A DNA stretch of 64,000 bases, taken from contig CAWBTT010000001.1 of the NCBI GenBank assembly GCA_963791815.1, positions 116,802 through 180,801 of the forward strand, in the 5' to 3' direction. Below, piece by piece: positions 47,794-58,282 of the stretch; position 1 is the first letter of the stretch; every line of letters begins with the position of its first letter. The stretch is from an uncultured Candidatus Micrarchaeota archaeon (lineage in GTDB: Archaea > Micrarchaeota > Micrarchaeia > Anstonellales > Bilamarchaeaceae). The notes below the pieces were generated by a model. The model worked only from the letters and a program-made list of their open reading frames with translations. It made no database searches and was not told the origin of the DNA. The position numbers and the translations under genes are program-made.

Positions 47794-49962
47794 ATGGCTG
47801 AAACGAAGATTTCCATCAGCGGAATGCATTGTGCTAGCTGCGCCCTGAATATTGAGAAGAAGCTGAAGAAAACCAAGGGCGTCAAAGAGGCCAATGTCAA
47901 TTTTAGTATTGAAAGGGCCAGTGTTGATTTTGACCCGAAAGAAGTTGATGAGGAGGGGCTGGTCAAGACAATCAAAGGCGCAGGTTACGAGGCATTTGTA
48001 CTTGGAAAAGAAAGAGACCAGGAGCAGCAAGCACGGGCAAATGAACTTGACTATTTCAGAAAAATGACGATAATAAGCGCGATTTTTGCGGTCCCTGTTT
48101 TCGTGATATCCATGTTCATGCTGCCGGTGCCATACGCGCCATACGTATTGTGGGTTCTCTCGACTCCAGTACAGTTCTATGTAGGCATTCACTTCTATCG
48201 TGGGGCGTTTGGGGCTTTGAAGGACTGGAATACTGACATGGATACCCTGATAGCCCTTGGAACAAGCGCCGCGTATTTCTATTCAGTCTACCTGATACTT
48301 TTCACAGGCGGCAGTGAAACATATTTCGAGACATCGGCAATCCTGATAACACTGGTGATGCTTGGGAAATATCTTGAGACAGCGGCCAAGGGCCGGGCAA
48401 GCCAGGCAATTCGCAAGCTCCTTGAACTTTCACCAAAACAGGCAAGGCTTCTTGAGGATGGAAAAGAGATAATGGTTGATGCTGAGGCTGTGAAGCACGG
48501 CAATATAGTCATTGTAAAACCTGGGGAAAGAATCCCAGTTGACGGGATTGTTGTTGAAGGACACTCAAGCGTTGATGAATCCATGGTAAGCGGGGAGCCG
48601 ATTCCAGTTGAGAAGACTTTGAAGTCTCTTCTCATCGGAGGAACCATAAACAAGAATGGAGCCCTCACTTTCAGGGCAACCAGGGTTGGTTCTGAAACAA
48701 CACTTGCCCAGATAATCAAACTGGTTGAGGATGCCCAGGGGAAAAAGGCGCCGATACAGCGCTATGCTGATAAGGTCGCCTCAGTCTTTGTCCCTGCAGT
48801 CATTGTGATTGCGATAATCACATTCATTGTATGGTATGTTGTGCTTGTGGAAGCGCTTTCATTTGCCCTCATACTTGCTGTTTCAGTCCTTGTTATCGCC
48901 TGCCCGTGCGCACTTGGGCTCGCCACTCCGACTGCTATAATGGTCGGAACAGGCAAGGGAGCAAGCAACGGGATATTGATTAGGAACGGGGCCGTTCTTG
49001 AGAAGGCAAACACGATAAACGCGATAGCATTTGACAAGACCGGGACAGTAACCGTTGGAAAGCCTGAGATAGTATCAATGCTTGGAAACAAGGAATCTCT
49101 TGAGATTGCCTATGCACTTGAAAAATCCAGCGAGCACCCGCTTGCAGAATCATTTGTGCAATATGCCAAGAAGAAAGGAATCAAGGAGAATGGAAATGTT
49201 ACTGCGTTCTCAGCAGTTCCGGGCAAGGGCATCAAAGGGACTGTGAAGGGAAAGAAATGCGCCCTTGGAAGCATCAAAATGATGAAAGACTTTGGAGCGA
49301 AAGTTCCAAAGGAGATGCTTGATTGGAAAAAGAGCCTGGAGGAAAAAGGAAGCACAGTTGTTCTGCTTTCTGTTGGCAAGCAAGTTACTTCCGCGTTCGC
49401 AGTGGCTGACAGGATAAGGGATGACTCCAAAGACGCAATCAAAAGGCTCAAGGAGATGGGAATCAAGACATACATGATAACCGGAGACAACGCGAGGGTC
49501 GCTGCTGTGATTGCAAAGGAAGCTGGAATAGACGAATTCCATGCAGAAGTCCTTCCTGATGAAAAAGCCGAGATTGTAAAACAGATTAGAAAGCAGGGGA
49601 TGACAATCGGCATGGTCGGGGACGGAATCAATGATGCGCCTGCTCTTGCGGTTTCAGATTTGGGAATTGCCATGGGTTCAGGAACTGATGTTGCTATTGA
49701 GACCGGGGACATTATCCTTATGAGAAACAGCTTGATGGATGTCCCAAGGGCGATTTCCCTTTCAAAGGCCACAATGGGAAAAATCAGGCAGAACCTGTTC
49801 TGGGCCCTTATCTACAATGTAGTAGGGATCCCAATCGCGGCAGGAGTGTTGTTCCCTATATTCGGGATTCTGCTCTCGCCAATGCTGGCAGGGGGAGCGA
49901 TGGCGCTCAGCTCGGTTTCAGTCGTGACAAATTCATTGATGCTTAACAGAGCAAGATTATAG
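47794..49962 (+). CDS. copA: Cu(I)-exporting P1B-type ATPase
   Basis: GMHCASC, CPCALGL, DKTGT, SEHP, GDGINDAP, YN..MALSS. Confidence 0.95.
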   Translation: MAETKISISGMHCASCALNIEKKLKKTKGVKEANVNFSIERASVDFDPKEVDEEGLVKTIKGAGYEAFVLGKERDQEQQARANELDYFRKMTIISAIFAVPVFVISMFMLPVPYAPYVLWVLSTPVQFYVGIHFYRGAFGALKDWNTDMDTLIALGTSAAYFYSVYLILFTGGSETYFETSAILITLVMLGKYLETAAKGRASQAIRKLLELSPKQARLLEDGKEIMVDAEAVKHGNIVIVKPGERIPVDGIVVEGHSSVDESMVSGEPIPVEKTLKSLLIGGTINKNGALTFRATRVGSETTLAQIIKLVEDAQGKKAPIQRYADKVASVFVPAVIVIAIITFIVWYVVLVEALSFALILAVSVLVIACPCALGLATPTAIMVGTGKGASNGILIRNGAVLEKANTINAIAFDKTGTVTVGKPEIVSMLGNKESLEIAYALEKSSEHPLAESFVQYAKKKGIKENGNVTAFSAVPGKGIKGTVKGKKCALGSIKMMKDFGAKVPKEMLDWKKSLEEKGSTVVLLSVGKQVTSAFAVADRIRDDSKDAIKRLKEMGIKTYMITGDNARVAAVIAKEAGIDEFHAEVLPDEKAEIVKQIRKQGMTIGMVGDGINDAPALAVSDLGIAMGSGTDVAIETGDIILMRNSLMDVPRAISLSKATMGKIRQNLFWALIYNVVGIPIAAGVLFPIFGILLSPMLAGGAMALSSVSVVTNSLMLNRARL

Positions 49963-49965
49963 GGT

Positions 49966-50433
49966 GTGGATATGAAGATACAATTAGTACTATTGGCAGT
50001 GATATTGCTGCTTGGATGTACGTCAACGGAGGGTCAGGTCGCTCCATCACAGGGTGGAGGAAGCTCTGAGGTTTCTGATGCGGTAGAGGATTCCGTATGG
50101 ATTTCAGTTTCTGATGTGAGTGAGACTGCGGGCCATTATGAATATGATTCCAATGGAGTGAGGGTCAAGTACATAGCGGTTAAGGGAAGCGACGGGCAGG
50201 TCAGGACAGCGTTCGACGCTTGCGAGGTCTGCTACCGCGCGAAGAAGGGATATTCCCAGCAGGGAAATGACCTTGTATGCAACAACTGCGGCCTCAAATT
50301 CAGGATTGACGAGCTTGGCACCAAGAACAAGGGTCAGGGATGCTGGCCAGCTTATCTGCCCCATGAAGTGAAGGATGATAAGGTGTATATCAAGAAGGCA
50401 GATTTAGATGCTGGAAGCTACATGTTCAGCTGA
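49966..50433 (+). CDS. DUF2318-like Fe-S lipoprotein
   Basis: FDACEVC, VCNNCG, GCWP. Confidence 0.85.
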   Translation: MDMKIQLVLLAVILLLGCTSTEGQVAPSQGGGSSEVSDAVEDSVWISVSDVSETAGHYEYDSNGVRVKYIAVKGSDGQVRTAFDACEVCYRAKKGYSQQGNDLVCNNCGLKFRIDELGTKNKGQGCWPAYLPHEVKDDKVYIKKADLDAGSYMFS

Positions 50434-50466
50434 AAGAATATAGGCTTTCTCTGGTATGGAGATGTC

Positions 50467-50925
50467 ATGAAAGACGATGAATCATTGTGCATATTCTGCA
50501 AGATTATTGCAGGCAACGCTCCAGCAAGCGTTGTTTACGAAGATGAGTCGGTCATGGTGTTCCCCCCCTTGCATCCAATCAACAAGGGCCATCTCCTGAT
50601 TATTCCAAAGAAACATGCCCAATATCTTGCAGATCTTGAAGGAGATACTGCTGCGCATATGATGAAGGTTGCGAAGAAGCTTGCATCAGCAATCAGGAGA
50701 TCCAAATACCCCTCAGATGGAGTGAACCTTTTCCTTGCCGATGGAGAGGCTGCAGGGCAGGAAGTGTTCCACGTACACTTGCATGTCTATCCAAGATTCG
50801 AAGAAGATGGTTTCGGATTCAAATATGATGAGAAGAAACATTTTGCCCTGATGGAAAGATCAGAAATTGACAAGGTTGCTGAAGAAATCAGACATCAACT
50901 TCGCAGAGGACCCTCGTGCCTTTGA
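50467..50925 (+). CDS. HIT family hydrolase
   Basis: CIFCKII, HVHLHVYPR. Confidence 0.93.
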   Translation: MKDDESLCIFCKIIAGNAPASVVYEDESVMVFPPLHPINKGHLLIIPKKHAQYLADLEGDTAAHMMKVAKKLASAIRRSKYPSDGVNLFLADGEAAGQEVFHVHLHVYPRFEEDGFGFKYDEKKHFALMERSEIDKVAEEIRHQLRRGPSCL

Positions 50926-51205
50926 GGGCAGGGTCAATCAGTTCGTGGGTTGGACTGAATTTGGCTCGAAGCTGCACTTTTGAACCAGGTTCAACTCCCC
51001 TCTCAATGAGGTTTTTTACAAGAGTACTGTAGAAACTTGAGACAATAGTGTCATCGGCAATTGCTCGGACAAGCTTCAACGGAACCTTGGTATCAAGTTT
51101 CAGAGGCTTGAGCATGCGCCTGCCTTCTTTTTCTATAATGAGATAGAATACCAGGTCAACTGGCTCAGTGGCAGCGCTCCGGTCGAGTTTTTTCCTTGAG
51201 ACCAT
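50888..51205 (-). CDS. Hypothetical protein
   Basis: 105-aa ORF with no recognised motif. Confidence 0.55.
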   Translation of the reverse strand: MVSRKKLDRSAATEPVDLVFYLIIEKEGRRMLKPLKLDTKVPLKLVRAIADDTIVSSFYSTLVKNLIERGVEPGSKVQLRAKFSPTHELIDPALKGTRVLCEVDV

Positions 51206-51287
51206 GTTGATAATTAGTGAAGAAACGTTTTTGATGATTGGGGAATTTGAAAGGGGTAAAGAATACCCTACCCCATCAAGAAATTAG

Positions 51288-51419
51288 TTACTCGCTTTTA
51301 GGAGATTCTTCCTTTTTCTCTTCGGTAGTCTCTGTTTTTTCTTCAGTAGATTCTACCTTCTTTTCTGGAGTTTCTTCATTCTTTGATTCTGTATTTTCTG
51401 TTTTATTTTCTTCTGTCAT
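51288..51419 (-). CDS. 43-aa E/K/T-rich low-complexity peptide
   Basis: AGGTGA RBS; MTEENKTENTESKNEETPEKK.. Confidence 0.65.
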   Translation of the reverse strand: MTEENKTENTESKNEETPEKKVESTEEKTETTEEKKEESPKSE

Positions 51420-51444
51420 TTTTTTCACCTTTTTGAAATTCCAA

Positions 51445-51531
51445 CTTAGGATTAGAACTAGCCTCGTAGTTGCGCAAATGACTAATCGAATAGACGCGGC
51501 ACTGACTTTATGAGAGGTGTTCAATCCTAAG
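51445..51531 (-). ncRNA. Candidate structured leader RNA
   Basis: CTTAGGATT/AATCCTAAG, GAAC/GTTC and CCTC/GAGG nested stems; TATA-like box upstream. Confidence 0.4.
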
Positions 51532-51647
51532 AAGTGTACTTAGCATATATCATCCAGGATTAATATATCTTCGGGTTTTGATTTTTAATGAGAATAAGTG
51601 GCCATGATAGGCGCAATGATTTTAATAATTTCAGGCTAGAGATTCAT

Positions 51648-53057
51648 ATGAAATGGGCGTATTTTCTTATTCTTCTGGTTTTTGGGAGTTTGCTATTTGG
51701 TTGTATTGAACAGAATGCAAATCCTACCCCGCAAATAATTGAACAAGAGCCGAAAATAGGAGAAATAAAGCAACAGGAAGTAGAGGAAACGGCATTCGCC
51801 AACTTCACAGACGATGATTTTTCCGTAGAATACCCAAAGTGGGAAGTTAGAGAAGCAGCGAATACCAGCATATTATCTATTGGAAATGCATTATGTGTTT
51901 TGAATGTGGATAGGCATGATGCCCCGATAACCCCACTATTCAACTGGATAGTAAATGCAACAGCAGCAAATGAGAATGTAAGCTTAAAGGAACTGGATAT
52001 CGCGAATCATTCGATAGAATTTACTGCGGATTTTGATAACATAACTTTCAAGGCAGTAACAAAAATGAGATATTGCAACCATAAGACATATGTCATCCTA
52101 GCGACATGTGCAGAGGATTATTATCAGGACTATGAGGCGGAGCTAGAGAGATTTAGCTCGAGTGTTGCTTGTGCAATGGAATATGAAGAACCAGACTACA
52201 GCCAAGCACCAACATTACCAAATCTAAATGGCACTAATTTCAGTACATTTATTGATGATGATTATTCAGCAAAAATTCCAGAATGGAATCCTGGAGACGT
52301 AAAAAATGAGACAATAATCAGCCTAAGCCAAGGAGCATGCACCGTACTAATAAACAAGTATAATGCACCGTCAGATACTCTGTATGAATGGGGAGAAAAA
52401 TATGTTGAGGAAAATGAAAGTCTAGAGCTTGTTCAGAAAAATCCCAAAGAAAACGAAATGACATACCTGATGCATACTGAGAATGTCAGTCTCCATATAG
52501 GATCAGTCATCACTTACTGCAATTATCAGTCATATAATCTAATTACAATCTGCGAAAATAACTATTTCGAAGAGAATGCAGACATACTTGAAATTATAGG
52601 AGAATCTCCAGGTTGTGCAAAGGAATACACCATAACTCCAAAAATTATCGAAGTTGAAGAAGCAGAGGAGATGCCTGAGGAAGATAGGATTGTCGAAACG
52701 GATGTTGGCAGCGAATATGGCATAAACGCAGAAGCAGTAGTTTCTTTCTTCAACAGCAACCCGATTTTTGTCAAGGTAATGAAAAATTTTGATAAAGTGA
52801 ATCTTAGGATAATCGGGGATGATGAAGACATAAAACTAAAGGCAACGCTTGAAGATGGTTATATAGTAAATGTAAAGGAAGGGAGGTATTCTGATGCTGC
52901 ATTCACATTATCAATGCCTTTGGAAGATGCGCTGAACATATTCAATAATGCAGACAACATCACAATTGGAAACATACTTAGTTTCATAATCAACGTCAAG
53001 ACAGACCCGCCTGAAAAAATGAATGAACTTATCAAGGAAGCCCTTAAAGCAGCATGA
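51648..53057 (+). CDS. Lipoprotein with two PsbP-like repeats and an SCP2-like C-terminus
   Basis: LLFGC; duplicated F.DDD(F/Y)S..P.W..YCN..Y..C unit; more AT-rich than flanks. Confidence 0.75.
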   Translation: MKWAYFLILLVFGSLLFGCIEQNANPTPQIIEQEPKIGEIKQQEVEETAFANFTDDDFSVEYPKWEVREAANTSILSIGNALCVLNVDRHDAPITPLFNWIVNATAANENVSLKELDIANHSIEFTADFDNITFKAVTKMRYCNHKTYVILATCAEDYYQDYEAELERFSSSVACAMEYEEPDYSQAPTLPNLNGTNFSTFIDDDYSAKIPEWNPGDVKNETIISLSQGACTVLINKYNAPSDTLYEWGEKYVEENESLELVQKNPKENEMTYLMHTENVSLHIGSVITYCNYQSYNLITICENNYFEENADILEIIGESPGCAKEYTITPKIIEVEEAEEMPEEDRIVETDVGSEYGINAEAVVSFFNSNPIFVKVMKNFDKVNLRIIGDDEDIKLKATLEDGYIVNVKEGRYSDAAFTLSMPLEDALNIFNNADNITIGNILSFIINVKTDPPEKMNELIKEALKAA

Positions 53058-53073
53058 TTTATGGTGACACAAG

Positions 53074-53496
53074 ATGAACAATAAAAAAACGCAGATAAAA
53101 TATTGCTTATCCGATGCCTGGCTGCTCGCTTCCATAGAGTTCTCAAGCGGAAAACGCTGGGCGAGCATCAGGGACATCATCGCTGTTGGAGACTACATGA
53201 ATCATGCTACTTTTTTGGAAAAAGAGTTTGAAGAAGGGTTGTACAGATTGAGCAAAGGCAGATGGATAAGGAAGAATGGGGACAAGTTCAAGGTAAGCAA
53301 AAGGTTCAAGGACCAGAAAATAGATTATTCTTCAGGAAGAGGCTATTCACCCAGGATATTGCACCGCAAGGTCATAGAATTGCTGGGCTTGGACCTGACT
53401 TGCCGCAAGGGTTACCCTACAGGGAACATAAAATACCCAGGTTTCACATCAGAGAAGTTCTCGAAAGCGATGAAGGAATACTTCAAGGGCAATTGA
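53074..53496 (+). CDS. Hypothetical protein
   Basis: SDAWLLASI..DIIAVGDYMNHA. Confidence 0.7.
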   Translation: MNNKKTQIKYCLSDAWLLASIEFSSGKRWASIRDIIAVGDYMNHATFLEKEFEEGLYRLSKGRWIRKNGDKFKVSKRFKDQKIDYSSGRGYSPRILHRKVIELLGLDLTCRKGYPTGNIKYPGFTSEKFSKAMKEYFKGN

Positions 53497-53500
53497 AAAT

Positions 53501-53511
53501 AAGGGCCACGA
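53501..53511 (-). repeat. 11-bp duplication of the tRNA-His 3' end (att-like)
   Basis: AAGGGCCACGA at 53501 and 53566. Confidence 0.6.
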
Positions 53512-53568
53512 ACGATAAACCAGGGTTTCTCGGGTGTGCCTTGAAATCGACTGAAAGGAGATTTAAAG

Positions 53569-53640
53569 GGCCACGACCGAGAATCGAACTCGGGCCGAGA
53601 GGACCACAACCTCTCGCGCTACCACTACGCTATCGTGGCC
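53569..53640 (-). tRNA. tRNA-His(GTG) with encoded G-1
   Basis: GCCACGA/TCGTGGC acceptor; AGAGG-TTGTGGT-CCTCT anticodon arm; CCGAG-TTCGATT-CTCGG T-arm; C73. Confidence 0.96.
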
Positions 53641-53740
53641 ATACGAATTGGAGCCAAAAGCTTCAACCATAAGGCTGACTGCAAATTTCTCTTAAAGAAA
53701 AGAGAGAAAAAAGAATGTGGAAAAACGGGTTTAAAAAGCC

Positions 53741-54055
53741 TTATTTCGCCAGCTTGTTGAGTTCTTCCTGCGTAAGGTACTGTGCAACCGGGAAGAAGAC
53801 CAGCCACGCAAGGAAGAGAACCACCTTGTTCTGGGCTTTCTTCGAGACAATCTCAACATCCTCGCAGTATTTCCACATGACATAAAGGTTCACTATGGGC
53901 ACAAACAAGCCAATGGTCCAGAGAACCGGACTGAAGTCCTGCTTCGTCAGCTCATTCAGTTCCTTCCTAGTCGCATAGAACCAGTAAAGGCAGTAGATGA
54001 ATAATGTCACAAAGCTTACTACAATGACAAATATCGGATTTCTTTTCTTAACCAA
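53741..54055 (-). CDS. DUF4234-like membrane protein
   Basis: KKRNP..VTLFIYCLYWFY..QEELN; GGTGA plus TTG start. Confidence 0.8.
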   Translation of the reverse strand: MVKKRNPIFVIVVSFVTLFIYCLYWFYATRKELNELTKQDFSPVLWTIGLFVPIVNLYVMWKYCEDVEIVSKKAQNKVVLFLAWLVFFPVAQYLTQEELNKLAK

Positions 54056-54078
54056 AGAATCACCTGAACGAATATCCA

Positions 54079-54966
54079 TCAACTGTTTAAAATTGCTTTC
54101 CTTGCGGCTGAGAGCACCCTGGAGCCATCGCCGCAAAAGAATTCGATGTCTTTTGCCTCGCTTTGTTCAACAAAATGGACAAGGTCGTTGAAATCAGCGT
54201 GGTCGCTGAGCGGAAATGCGGCATCCACGTTGAAACGGTAGTGCAATGCCCAGCCGGTTGCGACCGCGCACACAGTATCCCTCTCAAAAGCTTCGGCCAT
54301 CCTGTGCGCGAAATATCTCTTGGCCTTGTTCATGGGAACGACTGCCACGAACCTTTTGGACATTATTTCCTCAGCCTCGTCAGTCCCTACCATCACACGG
54401 TCAAGGTGCACCCCATACTTGTCATAGATTGAGCAGAAATGTTCTGCCTTATCCGTGATTACCGGTGCGATTCCGCACTCGTTGAGCATCTTGACTATCT
54501 CCTGCGCCTTGCCGAGGTTGTATGCCCCTAAAATGATATTTCTTGAGTCGTTTTCCTTGACCCAGCGGAAAACGCTATCAACTACGCTCCCATATTCAGG
54601 AAAAACATATGACGGGTCGCCATATGTAGCTTCCATAATCAGCTTGTCGCATTGTGGGATTTCGGCGGCAAAACCAAGGATGTTCGGTTTCAAAGAAATA
54701 TCCCCAGTATAAACTATTTTTTCCCCATCCCCATCAACAACGAGCTGCCTTGAACCCAGAATGTGGCCCGCGTCAATCATTTTCGCCCCATCAGCCGAGA
54801 CTCTTTTTGCTTTCATCTTGGCAAGTTCAAGGGTCTCGGGACTTGAAATCATCTCGGGCTTTCTTCGGAGGCCGGACGTATGGTCCGCGTGGGCATGCGA
54901 GAGAAACGGCAAATCGCCTGCAGGAGAGTCTAACCCGATGGAAATTCCTTTGCATGGGACTTGCAT
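54079..54966 (-). CDS. MBL-fold beta-CASP nuclease
   Basis: SHAHADH, AGHILGS, YTGD, EATYG, LSDHADF. Confidence 0.9.
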   Translation of the reverse strand: MQVPCKGISIGLDSPAGDLPFLSHAHADHTSGLRRKPEMISSPETLELAKMKAKRVSADGAKMIDAGHILGSRQLVVDGDGEKIVYTGDISLKPNILGFAAEIPQCDKLIMEATYGDPSYVFPEYGSVVDSVFRWVKENDSRNIILGAYNLGKAQEIVKMLNECGIAPVITDKAEHFCSIYDKYGVHLDRVMVGTDEAEEIMSKRFVAVVPMNKAKRYFAHRMAEAFERDTVCAVATGWALHYRFNVDAAFPLSDHADFNDLVHFVEQSEAKDIEFFCGDGSRVLSAARKAILNS

Positions 54967-55077
54967 GTGGGAACTTCTCGCAGAAATAATATAAATCATG
55001 ATAAGTTCTTTGCACCTGATTGATAATTCAGGGGACAATGTAGTAAAATATAAAAATCTTCCATAGGCACTATAGCT

Positions 55078-57269
55078 ATGCGATCCATCCATCTGTCCCT
55101 TTTGCTAGTCTTGGCAATGTGCTCGGTTTCTTTTTCAGCGACTAACATCTCATCATGTCAGGCGATAACTGCGCCAGGCACCTATGAGCTTATTTCAGAC
55201 CTTTCAGGAGCTCCGATAGACGCATCTCCAGTCACCGGCACCTCCTGTATAAAGATAGCGACTTCTGATGTAGTGCTTGACTGTAAAGGCGCCTTCAACA
55301 TCGAGAACAATGGGACTGGGGGCACGACCATAGGTATTCATATTAACGGGACATCAACCCAGCCGATAGATAATGTGACTGTTAAGAACTGCACAAAGAT
55401 AGCTAACTACAGTTACGGTGTCTATGCCTCATACCTCAATGACAGCAGCTTCACCAGGGTATGGGCACTTGGCAATACCCAAGACGGTTTCAAATTCGAT
55501 AACTGTGACCACATTACCCTCTCTGAATGCACGGGTAACAACAACGGCGGGTATGGCTACTATGCAGAAAATCCACAATACCATACAGTAAATGAATTCA
55601 CAGCCGCGACAAACGGCGGAGGAGGAGTTTTCTCGACTGCTCCATTCGGCGGCTACATCTCAGGCTCTTCAACCTTTGACAATGCTGACGACGGTATCCG
55701 TGTGGATGGAGGCAGTGGACTCTCCATAAGCGGCACATCTAGCAATAACAACGGGAATAATGGTATCTCGATAGACGGATCCACCAACACGATAATCGAT
55801 GACAGTGCGGTATCCAACAATACACGGGATGGCATCTGGTTGAATGGAACCAATACCATTTCCGTAAACGGTATTACAAGTTCAGGCAATCAACGCGACG
55901 GAATCTCTCTAGATGGCTCGACAAACACAATAATTGATGACAGTGCAATATCAGGCAACGTACGAGATGGTATCCTTTCAATTGGAGATGATAACTTCAC
56001 CATAAGCGGAACCTCAAGCAACAACAATGGGCGCCACGGCATCTCGCTTGATGGATCAACAAGTACGATAAGCGATGAGAGCGAGGTCTCTGGCAATACC
56101 AGACATGGCATCAGCCTGGACGGGTCAACATTGACTCTTTCAGGAAGCTCAAGCTCAAGCAACCGCGAAAACGGCATTTATTCTTATAGGTCCTCATTGG
56201 ATGCAACTGACTTTGTATCATACGCAAACGCAAAGGAAATGGTTGTGAATGACACTGGAACAATCAGCATGAGCGGAGTTGAATTCCGTCCATTCTCAGG
56301 CAACCGCGAGAAGTATACCGTGCTGAGCATATCTGACACCATAAGCTCTGGAGAGAGTTACAGCATCAAGTGGAACTATTTCAGGGGGGTTCTTCCTTCG
56401 GGCCTTTCATTCTTGGATGAAAAAATAGTTGAAATATCTGTTGAGTCCGGCTCGCCATCTGTGGATAGCATCACATGGCACTGGAGCGATGATGAGGTCA
56501 TGGGAATAAACGAAGCGGGGATAGAACTCTGGAAGAACAGTGAGGCAGTATGGTCCCAGGTCAGCGGAGACATCAACACCGCATTGAACACATTCATCAT
56601 CCGAGATCACACATCATTCAGTACATTCGCCCTCTTCCACAACGGCTCAGCCTCATATACTGCGAACCTCGATGGAGTGAATGTCACAAACATCACACAT
56701 CAAGAGAGGTACATCAGCGCGCCGGCAGGCAACCTCTCGACAGAGGGGGGAACGTGTCAGGGACCAATATCAGCTCAACACAGCTCACTGACAGGTGGGC
56801 AGCATTCTACGGAAACATCTCTGGGGAGATTTCCCTGAGGGACAACAACTCATATGTCTACAGCTGGTCATGGGATAGTAATTCCGGAGGAGTGATGTGC
56901 ATGAGCACCAACTCGAGTCTCCCGAGCCTGGTTTATGGCGCGAGCGGCAGTGACATCGATACGGTCTGGAGTTTCGGGGCAGTGGCTGACAATGGCAACA
57001 TCACATTCAACAATTCGGATTGCATTCTCGATGGCACCCAAATAAACGGGAGCACATACGCAGACACCGGACCAGCAGGCGGCTTCACGACTTGCGCTTT
57101 GAAGACCACCAATAGCACATTGACTTCAAAGAATGAGATGCTTTTCTGCAGCAACATCACAAGCGGAACATCATACAACGGCCAGGCTGCTGATTTCGAG
57201 GTTCTGGTGCCAACAGACCAGACCCTTGGAGCAACTGAGACATATTACCTCTTTGCGAGCCTTGGTTAG
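55078..57269 (+). CDS. Secreted right-handed beta-helix surface protein (frameshift in G6 at 56745-56750)
   Basis: Signal peptide; GISLDGSTN..N.rdGI repeats; C-terminal GGNV..TDRWAAFYGNISG domain in a second frame. Confidence 0.82.
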
Positions 57270-57276
57270 AAAAAAA

Positions 57277-57588
57277 TCAGTTGATTTCCTTGGCAAGGAT
57301 GTAGTAGCCGACTAGAACTTCCTTCATCACTGTTCCCTGGACAGTCACAACACGTCCCTCTTTCGGAAGCTCGTTGCTTGAGACCATGATTGAATCATTG
57401 CCATCGACAAGCTTGAAGCCTGAGAGCTTGCCAAGCTTGAATGTGTTCTCGACAGTCCCTTTGACATGGACTTTTTCCCCAAGATGGTCTGAAGTCGATT
57501 TGCTAAGTTCTCCGACGCTCATAACCTGTGGGCCAATACAGCCGAAGAAAAGTGCAAAAACCAGAATTGCAAATAAAATTTTCATCAT
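57277..57588 (-). CDS. Small OB-fold lipoprotein
   Basis: FFGC; GEKVHVKGTV..VTVQGTV. Confidence 0.75.
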   Translation of the reverse strand: MMKILFAILVFALFFGCIGPQVMSVGELSKSTSDHLGEKVHVKGTVENTFKLGKLSGFKLVDGNDSIMVSSNELPKEGRVVTVQGTVMKEVLVGYYILAKEIN

Positions 57589-57595
57589 GAAACCT

Positions 57596-58282
57596 CTAAT
57601 ACATTGATTTGTCATCTTCCTCATTGTATCGGTAGGAAAGGCTTGATTTTATCATCTTGGCGCGTTTTTTGCCGATTCCAGAAACAGATGCTATTTCCTT
57701 CTCACTAGAATTAACAATCGCCTCGACAGTGGAAAAGTGACTGAGAAGTGCCTTTGCAGATTTCGGGCCAATCATTGGGAATGTCTCCACAATTGCACGA
57801 ACACTCTGGGACGGGGTGAACGTTTTCTTCTTCGCGTAAATCCTCATCGGCTGTTTTTTCGCTAATTGCTCATGCTTGGCAAAAGCAAACACAAGCTCTG
57901 CAGTCGCTTCCTTGTCACTTGTGAAAATCAGCGAGGCTCCAAAATCAGCTACTATCGACGAGTAGGCTCCAAGAAGAGAGCTCCTTTGCAATCTTCCTTC
58001 CTCTGTGGTTCCTTCCACTATGATTACGACGCGCTCGTAATTGGAAACAAGGTTTGGCAATTGGGAAAAAAGCCTGCCATCAATCACAGACTGCTCAAAG
58101 TCGTTCCTGTTCTTTCGTTCAACAACCAATCTTGCAGAGCAGAGGAAGTCCCCGACTTCCAGGACGCGGCGGTCAATGTGGGCGTCCATTGTTTTCAATA
58201 ATTCGTCGAAATACTGATCTTCCCGGTGGTCTACTGCTATCAATACTTTGCCAGGCTCTCCGGCATCCAGAAATTGCTGCAA
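57596..58282 (-). CDS. xpf: Short-form XPF/ERCC4 nuclease with HhH2
   Basis: VDHRE, GDF..VERK..D..S..DGRL..Q; IGPK/IGKK HhH motifs. Confidence 0.92.
   Translation of the reverse strand: MQQFLDAGEPGKVLIAVDHREDQYFDELLKTMDAHIDRRVLEVGDFLCSARLVVERKNRNDFEQSVIDGRLFSQLPNLVSNYERVVIIVEGTTEEGRLQRSSLLGAYSSIVADFGASLIFTSDKEATAELVFAFAKHEQLAKKQPMRIYAKKKTFTPSQSVRAIVETFPMIGPKSAKALLSHFSTVEAIVNSSEKEIASVSGIGKKRAKMIKSSLSYRYNEEDDKSMY

Noticed and set aside
46577-49772. Long antisense ORFs (e.g. 46577-47716, 49110-49772) and similar shadows elsewhere
   Set aside because: Mirror frames of well-supported genes with no motifs of their own
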